NCBI GenBank assembly: GCA_963724765.1
Contig: CAVRVY010000001.1
Span: forward strand, 416,001-480,000
Length of the DNA stretch: 64,000 nucleotides
Origin: an uncultured delta proteobacterium
GTDB taxonomy: Bacteria; Desulfobacterota; Binatia; Binatales; Binataceae
Reading direction: 5' to 3'
Every line of letters starts with the position of its first letter. Within the stretch, counting starts at the first letter, position 1. Below are positions 30,776 to 40,654 of this stretch, in pieces. Both the position numbers and the translations under genes were made by a program. The notes under the pieces are model-generated. The model saw only the letters and a program-made list of their open reading frames with translations, was not told where the DNA came from and ran no database searches.

Positions 30776-31930
30776 ATGCTGAAAAGCGAAAAGCGCATTC
30801 TCACGACTCATGTCGGAAGTCTGCCGCGCAATCCGAAACTGACCGATCTGCTGCTCAAGCAGGAACGCGGCGAGGCCATTGACGAAAAGCTGCTCGATCG
30901 CGAGGCCGAAGCCGCCGTCGCGCATGTGGTCGAGCGTCAGCTAGCCGCCGGCATCGACATCGGCAACAACGGCGAGCAGCCGCGAGTCGGATTTCAAACT
31001 TACGTGCCGCAGCGGATGAAGGGCTTCGGCGGCGAGAGCAAGCGTCCGACGCCTTGGGACATGCGCGAATTTCCCCAGTACGTCGAAGTCATGCGGCGGC
31101 GCGGGATGCTAGGGGGCGCCAAGGTTTTCAACGCGCCGCAGGCGATCGGCCCGCTCAGCTACGACGACCTCGGCGGGGTGCGCAGAGAGTGCGACATGTT
31201 CGATAAGTCGGCCGCGGGCAAATTTCCTGAGCGCTTCATGACCGCTGCGGCGCCCGGCATCATCGCCACCACGATGCTCAACGGATACTTCGACACCCAC
31301 GAGCGCTACGTCATGGCGATCGCCGACGAAATTCGCAAAGAATACGAATACATTCACTCCCGCGGCTACATCCTGCAACTCGACGCGCCCGATCTGGCGA
31401 TGGAGCGGACGTTCCTGTACCAGGACAAGTCGGTCGACGAGTTCGTCAAGATAGTCGAATTGCATATCGCCGCGGTTAATCGCGCCGTCGCCAATATCCC
31501 GCCCGATCGCGTGCGCCTGCATGTGTGCTGGGGTAACTACGACGGTCCGCATATGCACGACGTCCCGGCCGAGGCCATCCTGCCCGCCATTTACAAGGCC
31601 CGGGTCGGAGCGCTGGCGCTGGAGGGCGCGAACCCGGCCCATCAGCACGAGTACAAAGTGCTGAGCAAGCTGCGTCCGCCCGACGGGATGCTCATCATTC
31701 CCGGGGTCATCGATTCGACTTCCTGCTTCGTCGAGCATCCCGAGGTCGTGGCCGACCGAATTTGCCGGGTGGCCGAGGCGGTCGGAGACCGCACCCGCGT
31801 AATCGCTGGCGTCGATTGTGGTTTCGGCACGTTCGCTGCGTGGGAAATGGTCCCGGAGGACATCGTGTGGGCCAAGCTTGGCGCGCTGCGCAAGGGCGCG
31901 GACCTCGCCACCCGCCGCCTGTGGGGCTGA
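30776..31930 (+). CDS. Cobalamin-independent methionine synthase II family protein
   Basis: TTHVGSLPR, H.C.GN, DCGF zinc ligands. Confidence 0.9.
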   Translation: MLKSEKRILTTHVGSLPRNPKLTDLLLKQERGEAIDEKLLDREAEAAVAHVVERQLAAGIDIGNNGEQPRVGFQTYVPQRMKGFGGESKRPTPWDMREFPQYVEVMRRRGMLGGAKVFNAPQAIGPLSYDDLGGVRRECDMFDKSAAGKFPERFMTAAAPGIIATTMLNGYFDTHERYVMAIADEIRKEYEYIHSRGYILQLDAPDLAMERTFLYQDKSVDEFVKIVELHIAAVNRAVANIPPDRVRLHVCWGNYDGPHMHDVPAEAILPAIYKARVGALALEGANPAHQHEYKVLSKLRPPDGMLIIPGVIDSTSCFVEHPEVVADRICRVAEAVGDRTRVIAGVDCGFGTFAAWEMVPEDIVWAKLGALRKGADLATRRLWG

Positions 31931-32052
31931 GCCGAGTCGGTTTTGTCGCCGCGGCCCGTGCGCTGAGCGCGACGCCGGTTCCGGTTCGATTCTGATCACC
32001 GCTGCGATTGCCGCGGCGACGGTGCTCGCGCGCGCGTCGGACGCTGCGTTGC

Positions 32053-32598
32053 TCAGTGCGGGAACAGATGTTGAACGACGTGCGGCGCCAGCAGATAGAT
32101 GATCCCGCCCGCCAGCACCAGCAGGGCGGGATTAATATGCCGCCAGAGCAGCAGGCAGAAGACTGACGCGGCGATCAGCAGGCTGGTCAGGTTGAAAATG
32201 GACAGCCGCGCGATCGCGTAAGTACCCGCCACCATCAGGCCGATCGCCACCGGCGCCATCCCGTGCTGAACCGCCGCCCGCCACGGCGAGTCTTTAAAAT
32301 GGGCCCACAGCCGGTTTGCCATCAGGGTGAGGATGCAGTCGGGCAGAAAGAAGGCCAGCCCCACTACCAGCGCGCCCATCGCGCCGGCCATCTTCTGGCC
32401 GATTAGCAGCACCATCAGCATGTTCGGCCCCGGCGCGACCTGGCCGAGGCTGTAGATGTCGCGGAACTGGCCTGCGGTGATCCAGTGAAATTGATAGACC
32501 GTCATGTGCTCCATCTCGGGCAGCACCGCCGTGCCTCCGCCCACCGCGAGGATCGCGAGCAGCATGAACACCCAGCTCAGGTTGAGCAATTTCGCCAT
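32053..32598 (-). CDS. Short-chain chromate transporter (CHR) subunit
   Basis: VGGG...GQVAPGPN. Confidence 0.88.
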   Translation of the reverse strand: MAKLLNLSWVFMLLAILAVGGGTAVLPEMEHMTVYQFHWITAGQFRDIYSLGQVAPGPNMLMVLLIGQKMAGAMGALVVGLAFFLPDCILTLMANRLWAHFKDSPWRAAVQHGMAPVAIGLMVAGTYAIARLSIFNLTSLLIAASVFCLLLWRHINPALLVLAGGIIYLLAPHVVQHLFPH

Positions 32599-32620
32599 CG
32601 TCGTGGGTCCCCGTTGCGGC

Positions 32621-33268
32621 TCAGTGGCGGAGGCTAATGTAGCGTCGATGGCGCAGGCGCTCACGCAGATGGCGGGTGCGTTCCTCCAGTGACTCATGCC
32701 TGGCGCCCGGCCGGTAGAGCAATACCGCGGCCGAGCCGATTACCAGGAGCACGATGTAAAGCGGAATGTGCAGGATACTCACCGCGACGAACGTCGCCGC
32801 GATGATCGCAAGGTCAAGTGGCTTGACGAACTGCTTATGTCCGAGCTGCAGCGTCACCGTGCTCAGCAGTCCGACCGCCGCCGCCGCTACGCCGATCAGG
32901 AACGCTCTGATCTGCGGATTGTGAGATTGCTCCTGCCAAAACGCGCCCAGGCCCATGATGACGACCACTCCGGGCAGCACCAGGCCCGCGACCGCTACGA
33001 TTGCGCCGGGAATACCGCGCAGGTTGTCGCCGATGATCACGCTCATGTTGACCGCGTTGAGCCCCGGCAGGGTCTGGCTTATCTCGAGCGCGTCGAGGAA
33101 CGCCTCGTCATCGAGCCATTTGGTGTCGCTGACCGTGTACTCGCGGAGATAGGCGACCACCCCGCCGCCGAAGCTTATCGCCCCGGCCGTCAGGAAGGTC
33201 CAGAAAATCATTCCTAGCGAAACCGGTGCGCCCGATCCCTCCTCAGCCACGGCGCTCGCGTCATTCAT
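32621..33268 (-). CDS. Short-chain chromate transporter (CHR) subunit
   Basis: SFGGG...SQTLPG. Confidence 0.88.
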   Translation of the reverse strand: MNDASAVAEEGSGAPVSLGMIFWTFLTAGAISFGGGVVAYLREYTVSDTKWLDDEAFLDALEISQTLPGLNAVNMSVIIGDNLRGIPGAIVAVAGLVLPGVVVIMGLGAFWQEQSHNPQIRAFLIGVAAAAVGLLSTVTLQLGHKQFVKPLDLAIIAATFVAVSILHIPLYIVLLVIGSAAVLLYRPGARHESLEERTRHLRERLRHRRYISLRH

Positions 33269-34148
33269 GATGATTGACCGGCTTGCGTCCCATCCCGTAA
33301 ACCATCGCGGTCTTGGTGGTGCCCATCGCGACCAAATCGCTACACTCCAACTGGATACCCTCGAAGAACTTCTCCGACAGCTCGCGCGGCTTGCGATGCA
33401 GCGAAGCGAGGCCCTCGAATCTGAGCTGGTAGCCGAACTCGGCGATCATGTCGCGTCCGGTCGAGCGGTTGCGCCACACCCCCACCGAGGCCTTGCACTG
33501 CGCCTTGCCGCCGAAGTCCAGTTCGCCGAGATGAACCAGCGTTTCGTCCACGGTCACGTCATTGACAATACCCAGCGTGGCCTTGGGATTGGCGCCGCGC
33601 ACCTTCTGCAGGGCGGGAAAGACCTGCGAGATGATCTCGAAGCGTTGGGTCAGGATGACGTTGGGCGTGTCGAGCTCACAGCCGTTGGCGTAGAGCATCC
33701 GCATGCCCGCCAGCTTGTCCTTGAGCTGGAGAACCTCTTCCTTGAATTTGATGGTGTAGATGCACGGCAGCAACGGATGCATGTCGACCGCGGCGGCGGC
33801 CTTCGCTTCGGGATTGCGGTAACGGATGGTCAGTTCGAAGTTCGGCTCGGGATGGCCCTTCTTGAAGAAGGTCCGTTTACGCAGGATGAAGCCGTCGGTG
33901 TAGAGCTTGAAGTGCGGCGTGTCGTAAAAGACGACCTCGCGCACATGCGGCTCGTGCTTCTCAGACTTTTGCAGTTGAATTCCCAGCCCCTTGGCGACGT
34001 GATGGGCGTGCTTGTAGAACTTGTGAAAGCCGTCCTCGTCGGCGAAGCGCTCGGGCTTCAGCAGCAGTTTATACTCCCGGTAATGGATCTGAGCTTCTGG
34101 ACCGAACTCGCCCGTTTCCCGCTTGTGACTTTCCTCTCCGTGGCTCAT
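33261..34148 (-). CDS. CYTH/triphosphate-tunnel-like protein
   Basis: N-terminal REYK, FYDT..F.L...GFILRKR, later KFKEE; overlaps the chr gene start. Confidence 0.5.
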   Translation of the reverse strand: MSHGEESHKRETGEFGPEAQIHYREYKLLLKPERFADEDGFHKFYKHAHHVAKGLGIQLQKSEKHEPHVREVVFYDTPHFKLYTDGFILRKRTFFKKGHPEPNFELTIRYRNPEAKAAAAVDMHPLLPCIYTIKFKEEVLQLKDKLAGMRMLYANGCELDTPNVILTQRFEIISQVFPALQKVRGANPKATLGIVNDVTVDETLVHLGELDFGGKAQCKASVGVWRNRSTGRDMIAEFGYQLRFEGLASLHRKPRELSEKFFEGIQLECSDLVAMGTTKTAMVYGMGRKPVNHHE

Positions 34149-34347
34149 GATTTGCGGCTACTCCCACCCCCCCCCGAGTTGCGAGCAATGTTGTCGAAAC
34201 TTTATACGAGGTTGCGAGGCTCGTTCCACGGCGGCCGCAGCCTGACCGCCTCTCATCAGCCGATCACCAGCATGACGAACCCGAGTATCAGTACGATCTG
34301 GCACGGTCAATGATGCTAAGCGTCGCTAGCGGCCGGAGGACAAGGCC

Positions 34348-34617
34348 CTACGGCTCGTTCGATACCTCAAATTCGATACCGCCGATTCTTTTTGCGACGG
34401 CGTTGTAGAGCCAGCACAGAATGGCGGTGAAGATGAATGCGCCCACGGCATAAAACACCGGCGCGAGTATCACCATGAGCAAGCTTCGGTGGCCGTGGCC
34501 TCTCGCTGCCGGCGCGAATACGAAGAAAAGCACCATAAAAAACAGGCCGAAAAAGAAGTAAAGGGTCCCCATGACCTTCGAGGTCTGAAGCACCCCAAAC
34601 GATTTGATTTGTCGCAT
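34348..34617 (-). CDS. Small membrane protein (DUF3566-like)
   Basis: Two TM segments, C-terminal LYN.VA..IGGIEF. Confidence 0.6.
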   Translation of the reverse strand: MRQIKSFGVLQTSKVMGTLYFFFGLFFMVLFFVFAPAARGHGHRSLLMVILAPVFYAVGAFIFTAILCWLYNAVAKRIGGIEFEVSNEP

Positions 34618-34680
34618 CGCCTGGTCTCCAGTGAATCGATTCCGCGGCGTTCAACGCGATGAGAGGCTCGCCGCGCGAGC

Positions 34681-35592
34681 CTAAAACTTAATCTCGCGTA
34701 AAAACGGGCGCAGCGCTTCGACCAGCCCGCGCGGATTGTCGCCCTGTACCGTGTGCGCCGCGTCCTCGACTCGCATCCAGCGCCCGTCGGGCAGCGCGCT
34801 CGCGAAACTCGCCGCGCTCTCGTCGGTCAGCACGTCGCTCCTGGCGCCGCGCAGCACCAACGTCGGGCAGGTCATGTGAGCGACCTCGTTCATGATCTCC
34901 GCCTGGCGCGCGCGCATCGAGTCGGGCGTGGGGCGGACGCGATTCGGGTCGTGCTTCCAGGTCCACTTGCCGTTGGGCAGCTCGCGCAGATTATGCAGCA
35001 GGCTGCGGCGCAGCAGCGCCGGGTTGCGCAGCGGATTGAACGCCATCGCGCGCTCTACGAACGCGTCGACCGAGTCCAGTTCGCGGTCCTGGGCGAGGAA
35101 GTTGCCGATGCGCGCGGTGCCGCTGGGGTTCAGCTCGGGCGCGATATCGACCAGCATCAGCCCGGCCATCCGGCGCGCGAACTTAGCCGCGTACGCCATC
35201 GCCGCAAACCCACCCATCGAATGACCGACCACCAGCGGGCGCTTGAGGCCGAGCTTCTCGATGAAGTCCTCGATGTCGCGCACTTGGCTCGGCAGGCTAT
35301 AGTCGCCGACCGGCGACCATTCGCTGTCGCCGTGGCCGCGCTGGTCGAGCGCGATGCAGTGGTATTCGCCGCGCAGCGCCAGGCATACGAGATCCCAGGT
35401 ATGCGCGTTGAGACCGCCGCCGTGAAGGAAAAGTATCGGACGGCGCTCGGCGGCGCCCCAGTCGAGGTAATGGAAGCGCATCCGGTTGACCACGACATCG
35501 TGGTCCTCGGGGAGAGTGAAACGCGGCACTTCGAGCCCGGCGACCTCAGCGGCCAGCTTCAGGTGCTCGAGTTGTTCCGATGCTTCCAGCAT
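34681..35592 (-). CDS. Alpha/beta hydrolase
   Basis: LHGG, DQRGHG, GHSMGG, C-terminal His. Confidence 0.9.
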   Translation of the reverse strand: MLEASEQLEHLKLAAEVAGLEVPRFTLPEDHDVVVNRMRFHYLDWGAAERRPILFLHGGGLNAHTWDLVCLALRGEYHCIALDQRGHGDSEWSPVGDYSLPSQVRDIEDFIEKLGLKRPLVVGHSMGGFAAMAYAAKFARRMAGLMLVDIAPELNPSGTARIGNFLAQDRELDSVDAFVERAMAFNPLRNPALLRRSLLHNLRELPNGKWTWKHDPNRVRPTPDSMRARQAEIMNEVAHMTCPTLVLRGARSDVLTDESAASFASALPDGRWMRVEDAAHTVQGDNPRGLVEALRPFLREIKF

Positions 35593-35724
35593 GGTTCGTT
35601 CGTCCTCGCGATCGGTTTCGTTGTGCGTCCGGCGCGCCGGATCGCTCACAGTTGAATCTTATTTGTTTATCAAAGCCCGCGCTGCGCCCGCCAGCACGCT
35701 CACCGGTAATGAACTTGTAGCGGT

Positions 35725-35782
35725 CGAACGGTTCCCTGGCACACATTTGCTTGCGAACGGTTCCCTGGCAGACATTTGCTTG
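35725..35782. repeat. 29-bp tandem duplication upstream of the cox operon
   Basis: CGAACGGTTCCCTGGCA(C/G)ACATTTGCTTG x2, one mismatch. Confidence 0.9.
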
Positions 35783-35877
35783 CAATTTGCCGCGTCCGAA
35801 GGTTACCCTTTGTGCGTCCGAGGTGGCATTTCGAAGTGTCGCGATGCGTTTGCGCGGCGCCAGTGGTTGGGGTGGTC

Positions 35878-36804
35878 ATGCCTGGGCCGTATACCGCTAA
35901 CGCGTTCACCCTCGCTCCAGCATCGCCGCAAGCGGCTGCCATTTCCAACCTCTTCGTCGGCACGCTGATTTTTCTCGGCGTGATCCTCCTGCTGGTCAGC
36001 TTTCTCGTCATCTTCGCGATCGTCCGCTATCGGGACCGGCCGGGAGCACCCGAGGCGCAACAGAACTTCGGCCGGAGAAAGCTCGAAATCATCTGGACGG
36101 TCGTGCCGATCCTGTCCCTGATCGTGCTGGCGAGTTTCATGGTCCGGACCATGGCCGCCGGCGATCCAGCAAGTGCCGACGCCAAGCCAGACCTGAGGAT
36201 CGTCGCTCACCAATGGTGGTGGGAGATTTACTATCTCAAGGCCGGCGTGGTCACCGCCAACGAGATACACATTCCGGTTGGTAAACGACTGCTAGTGGAT
36301 TTTCGCTCGGCCGATGTGATCCATGACTTTTGGGCGCCGGACCTGGGGCGCAAGATCGACATCGTGCCGGGCCATCCCAACCGCCTATGGCTCGAGGCCG
36401 ACCATGGCGGCACTTATCTTGGAGCTTGCGCCGAGTTCTGCGGCAACGAGCATGCGTGGATGCGCTTTCTGGTGATCGCGGATCCGCCCGAGAAGTTCGC
36501 GGCCTGGATAAAAGAGCAGGCGGGCGCTCCGCCCAAGCCCGCCACGGCGGATGAGCAGCTCGGCGCGAAGATTTACCGCGAGCGCATTTGTACCAACTGC
36601 CATCTGCGCAGCGTTGGCCCAGACCTCACGCACATCGCCAGCCGCCGGCTGCTGGCGGCGGGCGCGCTCGAGAACACGCCGGAAAACCTCGCGGCCTGGC
36701 TGCGCGATCCCGACCGCTTCAAACCCGGCAGCAACATGCCCGACTTCAAGCTGAGCGACGACGAAGTCCGCGCACTAATGGCGTACCTGGAGACGCAAAA
36801 ATGA
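35878..36804 (+). CDS. coxB: Cytochrome c oxidase subunit II with fused cytochrome c
   Basis: DVIHDFW, CAEFCG.EH..M CuA site; CTNCH heme motif; start uncertain. Confidence 0.93.
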   Translation: MPGPYTANAFTLAPASPQAAAISNLFVGTLIFLGVILLLVSFLVIFAIVRYRDRPGAPEAQQNFGRRKLEIIWTVVPILSLIVLASFMVRTMAAGDPASADAKPDLRIVAHQWWWEIYYLKAGVVTANEIHIPVGKRLLVDFRSADVIHDFWAPDLGRKIDIVPGHPNRLWLEADHGGTYLGACAEFCGNEHAWMRFLVIADPPEKFAAWIKEQAGAPPKPATADEQLGAKIYRERICTNCHLRSVGPDLTHIASRRLLAAGALENTPENLAAWLRDPDRFKPGSNMPDFKLSDDEVRALMAYLETQK

Positions 36805-38483
36805 AAGAGGCGGCGATTCCCGAGGCACTCGGAGGCGAGTCGTTCGAGCTCGAAGCGCGCGAGGGCTGGCTTAGCTGGATCACCTCGGTCGACCACAAGC
36901 AGCTCGGGATAATGTACCTGCTCGGCTCGTTCTTCTTTTTCGTGGTCGGCGGCGTGCTCGCGCTGCTGATGCGCGTGCAGCTCGCCGTGCCCAATAACCA
37001 TTTCTTGAGCCCGCAGATATACAACCAGCTTTTCACCATGCATGGCACCACAATGGTATTCCTGGTGCTGGTGCCGATGCTGGTCGGGTTCGCGACGTAC
37101 ATGGTGCCGCTGATGATCGGCGCGCGCGACATGGCCTTTCCGCGGCTCAACGCGCTGAGTTTCTGGGTGCAGATTTTCGGCGGCTTGATGCTCTACTTCA
37201 GCTTCGCCACCAGCGGCATCAATGGCGGCGCGCCGGCGGTGGGATGGTTCGCGTATGCGCCGCTCAGCGAAACAGCATTTTCCTACGGACCCGGCGTGAA
37301 CTATTGGATACTCGGTTTGCTTGGGATCGGCGTGGGCACGCTCACCGCCGGACTCAACCTGATCGCGACGGTCATCTGCTTGCGCGCGCCCGGAATGAGC
37401 ATCCGGCGTGTGCCGCTATTCGTCTGGATGACGCTGATAACGGCCTTCCTGATCGTGGTAGTGATGCCCATACTCAATGCGGCGCTGGTGATGCTGCTTA
37501 TCGACCGCCTGCTCAACGCGCACTTCTTTCGGGCCGATACCGGCGGCTCGGCGGTGCTGTGGCAGCACGTCTTCTGGGCCTTCGGCCATCCCGAAGTCTA
37601 CATCATGATCCTGCCGGCTTTCGGAATCATCTCCGAGGTTATACCGGTATTCTCGGGCAAGCCGATTTACGGCTACGATTTCGTCGCCGCCTCAACCCTG
37701 GCGATCGCGTTCCTGAGCCTCGCCGTGTGGGCGCATCACATGTTCGCAGTTGGGCTCGGCCATACCTTCGATCTGTTCTTCGCCGTTTGCAGCATGGCGA
37801 TCGCGGTGCCCACGGGAGTGAAGATTTTCAATTGGACTGCGACGATGTACCAGGGCCGGATACGCTTTACGACCTCGATGCTGTTCGCGCTGGGATTCCT
37901 TCTGATGTTCACCATCGGAGGGCTTTCGGGCGTCGCCTTTGCGGTGGTGCCGATCGACTGGCAGGCGACCGACAGCTATTTCGTGGTCGCGCACATCCAC
38001 TATGTGCTCTTCGGCGGCACGATGTTCGGGCTGTTCGCCGGCGTCTATTACTGGTTTCCAAAGATCAGCGGCCGGATGCTCGACGAGCGCTGGGGCCAGG
38101 TGCATTTCTGGCTGACGCTCATCGGATTCAATCTGACCTTCATGATCCAGCACGTGCTCGGAATGTTCGGGATGCCGCGCCGGGTGTTTACCTATCCAGC
38201 GCTGCCGGGCTGGGGGGCGATGAACATGATTTCAACCGTCGGCGCGTTCGTGCTCGCGTTCTCGGTGTTGATCTTCATTATCAACCTGGCGATTTCGCTG
38301 CGCTCGGGCAAAGTCGCGGGCGACAATCCCTGGAATGCATGGACGCTGGAATGGGCGACCAGTTCTCCGCCGCCGGTGGAGAATTTCACGGATGGCGTGC
38401 CGCCGATTCGAGGTCGACGGCCACTGTGGGATCTCGCCCATCCGGATCGCACCGACGCAATGATGATGAAGCTGGCGGGGTGA
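36801..38483 (+). CDS. coxA: Cytochrome c oxidase subunit I (A1 type)
   Basis: DHK, TMHG, GHPEVY, WAHH, AHIH, MPRR. Confidence 0.97.
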   Translation: MKEAAIPEALGGESFELEAREGWLSWITSVDHKQLGIMYLLGSFFFFVVGGVLALLMRVQLAVPNNHFLSPQIYNQLFTMHGTTMVFLVLVPMLVGFATYMVPLMIGARDMAFPRLNALSFWVQIFGGLMLYFSFATSGINGGAPAVGWFAYAPLSETAFSYGPGVNYWILGLLGIGVGTLTAGLNLIATVICLRAPGMSIRRVPLFVWMTLITAFLIVVVMPILNAALVMLLIDRLLNAHFFRADTGGSAVLWQHVFWAFGHPEVYIMILPAFGIISEVIPVFSGKPIYGYDFVAASTLAIAFLSLAVWAHHMFAVGLGHTFDLFFAVCSMAIAVPTGVKIFNWTATMYQGRIRFTTSMLFALGFLLMFTIGGLSGVAFAVVPIDWQATDSYFVVAHIHYVLFGGTMFGLFAGVYYWFPKISGRMLDERWGQVHFWLTLIGFNLTFMIQHVLGMFGMPRRVFTYPALPGWGAMNMISTVGAFVLAFSVLIFIINLAISLRSGKVAGDNPWNAWTLEWATSSPPPVENFTDGVPPIRGRRPLWDLAHPDRTDAMMMKLAG

Positions 38484-38492
38484 ACGACGGCG

Positions 38493-39050
38493 ATGCCTGA
38501 CAAGACCAAGCTCGGAGTCGGCCTTTTCCTTCTGTCCGAGGCGAATTTTTTTCTTATTCTACTGGTCGCCTACGTGTACTTCCATTCCCTGCCCAGCGAC
38601 GGACCAAGCGCCGCCAACAGCCTCAATCCGATACGCACGCTCGGGTTCAGCATCTGCCTATTCCTGAGCAGCGCGACCATTCACATGGCCGGACGCAGCT
38701 TCAGGCTCGGTGCACGCCGCGGCGTTGGCGTATGGCTCGCGCTGACGGCCGCGCTCGGCGCGATCTTTCTTTTTGGCCAGGCGCGCGAGTACCTGGGACT
38801 CTTCGCGCACGGAGTTGATATCAGCACCAACCTGTTTGGCTCGACGTTCTTTACCCTGACCGGCTTTCATGGCCTGCACGTGCTAGTCGGATTGTGTGCG
38901 CTGGGGGCGCTACTGGGTATCGTGATAAGCGGGCGGCTCGGCGAGATCAAACCGTCCGGCTTCGAGGCCGTGAGTATGTACTGGCATTTCGTCGACGCGG
39001 TGTGGGTGGTGATCTTCGCGGTGGTCTATCTGTGGCCGCTGGTCGCATAG
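38493..39050 (+). CDS. coxC: Cytochrome c oxidase subunit III
   Basis: FL.SE, TGFHGLHV, YWHFVD.VW. Confidence 0.94.
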   Translation: MPDKTKLGVGLFLLSEANFFLILLVAYVYFHSLPSDGPSAANSLNPIRTLGFSICLFLSSATIHMAGRSFRLGARRGVGVWLALTAALGAIFLFGQAREYLGLFAHGVDISTNLFGSTFFTLTGFHGLHVLVGLCALGALLGIVISGRLGEIKPSGFEAVSMYWHFVDAVWVVIFAVVYLWPLVA

Positions 39051-39085
39051 CGGCCCAAATCTGCTGAGAAACGCCGCCAATTAAA

Positions 39086-39889
39086 ATGGCCGAGATACTG
39101 CGAGCGTGGGACCCGGACCTGTCCGTGCTAATCGGATGCGCGGCGCTGCTGGCGGCGTACTGCAGCGCGCATCGCTACGATCTCTCTCGTGCGGCTTGGT
39201 TCGTCGCCGGAGTGGCCGTGCTGCTGTTCGCGCTGATCTCTCCGCTCGACACGCTCGGCGACGAATATTTGTTCAGCGCCCACATGCTCCAGCATCTGCT
39301 GCTCGAGCTCGCGGTGCCGCCGCTGCTGCTGCTCGGCATCACGCCGCGCTTCGCGCGGACGGTGCTCGATTGCCGCCCGCTCGGGCGCGTCGAGCGCGTG
39401 CTGGGAAATCCGCTGGTGGCCTGGACGCTCGGAGTGGCGACACTCGCGTTATGGCATCTGCCGCGGCTCTTCGATGCCGCGCTCGGCAACGAATATATCC
39501 ACATCGTCGAGCATCTGTGTTTCATGGTGACCGCGACGATATTCTGGTGGCCGGTCCTGGCGCCGCTGCCGCAGTGCCGGATCTCGCCGCTGTTGGCGCA
39601 GCTCTATCTGTTCGGCGGCGCGATGGCTAGCACGCTGCTGGGCATCTGGCTGACCTTCGCCCCCACCATCCTCTATGCGCCCTATCTGCATCCCGACGAC
39701 TCGCTGCACCTTGCGGCGTTGCTGCGGGTGGGGTGGGGCCTGACGCCGGCGCTCGACCAGCAGGTGGGCGGGCTCCTGATGTGGGTGGGCGGCGGTTTCG
39801 TGTTCCTGGCGATGATGGTCGTGCTGCTCCTGCAATGGTTCGGCATGGCCGAGACGGACGGCGTCGCGCCCGCGGCGGCGAGCCTTTAG
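39086..39889 (+). CDS. ctaG: Caa3 CtaG-type oxidase assembly factor
   Basis: FSAHMLQH, WH.P, EH, DQQ.GG..MW. Confidence 0.88.
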   Translation: MAEILRAWDPDLSVLIGCAALLAAYCSAHRYDLSRAAWFVAGVAVLLFALISPLDTLGDEYLFSAHMLQHLLLELAVPPLLLLGITPRFARTVLDCRPLGRVERVLGNPLVAWTLGVATLALWHLPRLFDAALGNEYIHIVEHLCFMVTATIFWWPVLAPLPQCRISPLLAQLYLFGGAMASTLLGIWLTFAPTILYAPYLHPDDSLHLAALLRVGWGLTPALDQQVGGLLMWVGGGFVFLAMMVVLLLQWFGMAETDGVAPAAASL

Positions 39890-39900
39890 GAGGCAATCGG

Positions 39901-40128
39901 ATGGCCCTTGAAGACGGACCGGCATCGCGCGGCCGCGAAGCAGGCGAGTGGAGTACGCCGCTGCCGGAAAAGACTCCGCCGGCAACCTACGCGCCGTTTT
40001 TCCTTGCGCTCGGCATAACGTTCCTGCTTTTCGGAGTAGTCAGTTCCTATGTATTTTCGGCTGCGGGCTTCGTTCTGATAGTAGCGTCGATTAGCAAGTG
40101 GATGGGAGAATTGTTACATGGCGAATGA
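39901..40128 (+). CDS. Small two-TM protein (oxidase subunit IV-like)
   Basis: RBS AGGAGG, P.TYAPF + two TMs + W..E; overlaps the Rieske start. Confidence 0.65.
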   Translation: MALEDGPASRGREAGEWSTPLPEKTPPATYAPFFLALGITFLLFGVVSSYVFSAAGFVLIVASISKWMGELLHGE

Positions 40129-40636
40129 AACGCAGGAGCCCAGCCGCGGCGAAGCGTTGAGCCCCGAACGCCGCCGCTTCATGGGACGGCTCAGTATCGC
40201 GCTCTCCGCAGTCGCCGCCGCCATCGTCGGCGTCCCGGTCGTCGGATTCATCCTCGGCCCGCTGTTCGTCACCGAGAAGGACGTGTGGCGCGCGGTGGGC
40301 GCGGCCGACAGCTTCAAGCCCGGCGAGACCGTCAGCGTCAGCTTCCTCGATCCGTCACCGATGGCGTGGGCGGGCGTGAGTGCGATGACCGCGGCGTGGC
40401 TGCGGCGCCTGGAGTCCGGCGGCTTTGTCGCCTTCTCGGTCAACTGCGCGCATCTCGGATGCCCCGTGCGATGGCTGCCGAAGGCCGATCTGTTCATGTG
40501 CCCCTGCCATGGAGGCGTCTATTACGCCGACGGCAGCGTGGCCGCCGGTCCGCCGCCGCGCGGATTGTTCAAGTATCCGGTCCGCGTGCGCGATGGAAAG
40601 GTCGAAATCCTCGCCAGCGCGGTTCCCATCGAATAG
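40118..40636 (+). CDS. Rieske 2Fe-2S subunit
   Basis: Tat-like RRRF anchor, CAHLGC and CPCH. Confidence 0.94.
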   Translation: MANETQEPSRGEALSPERRRFMGRLSIALSAVAAAIVGVPVVGFILGPLFVTEKDVWRAVGAADSFKPGETVSVSFLDPSPMAWAGVSAMTAAWLRRLESGGFVAFSVNCAHLGCPVRWLPKADLFMCPCHGGVYYADGSVAAGPPPRGLFKYPVRVRDGKVEILASAVPIE

Positions 40637-40654
40637 CCACGCGGGAGATCGAGA

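Noticed and set aside
35737-35783. Sigma54 promoter within the 29-bp repeats
   Set aside because: GG-to-GC spacing is 9 or 13 nt, not the required 10.
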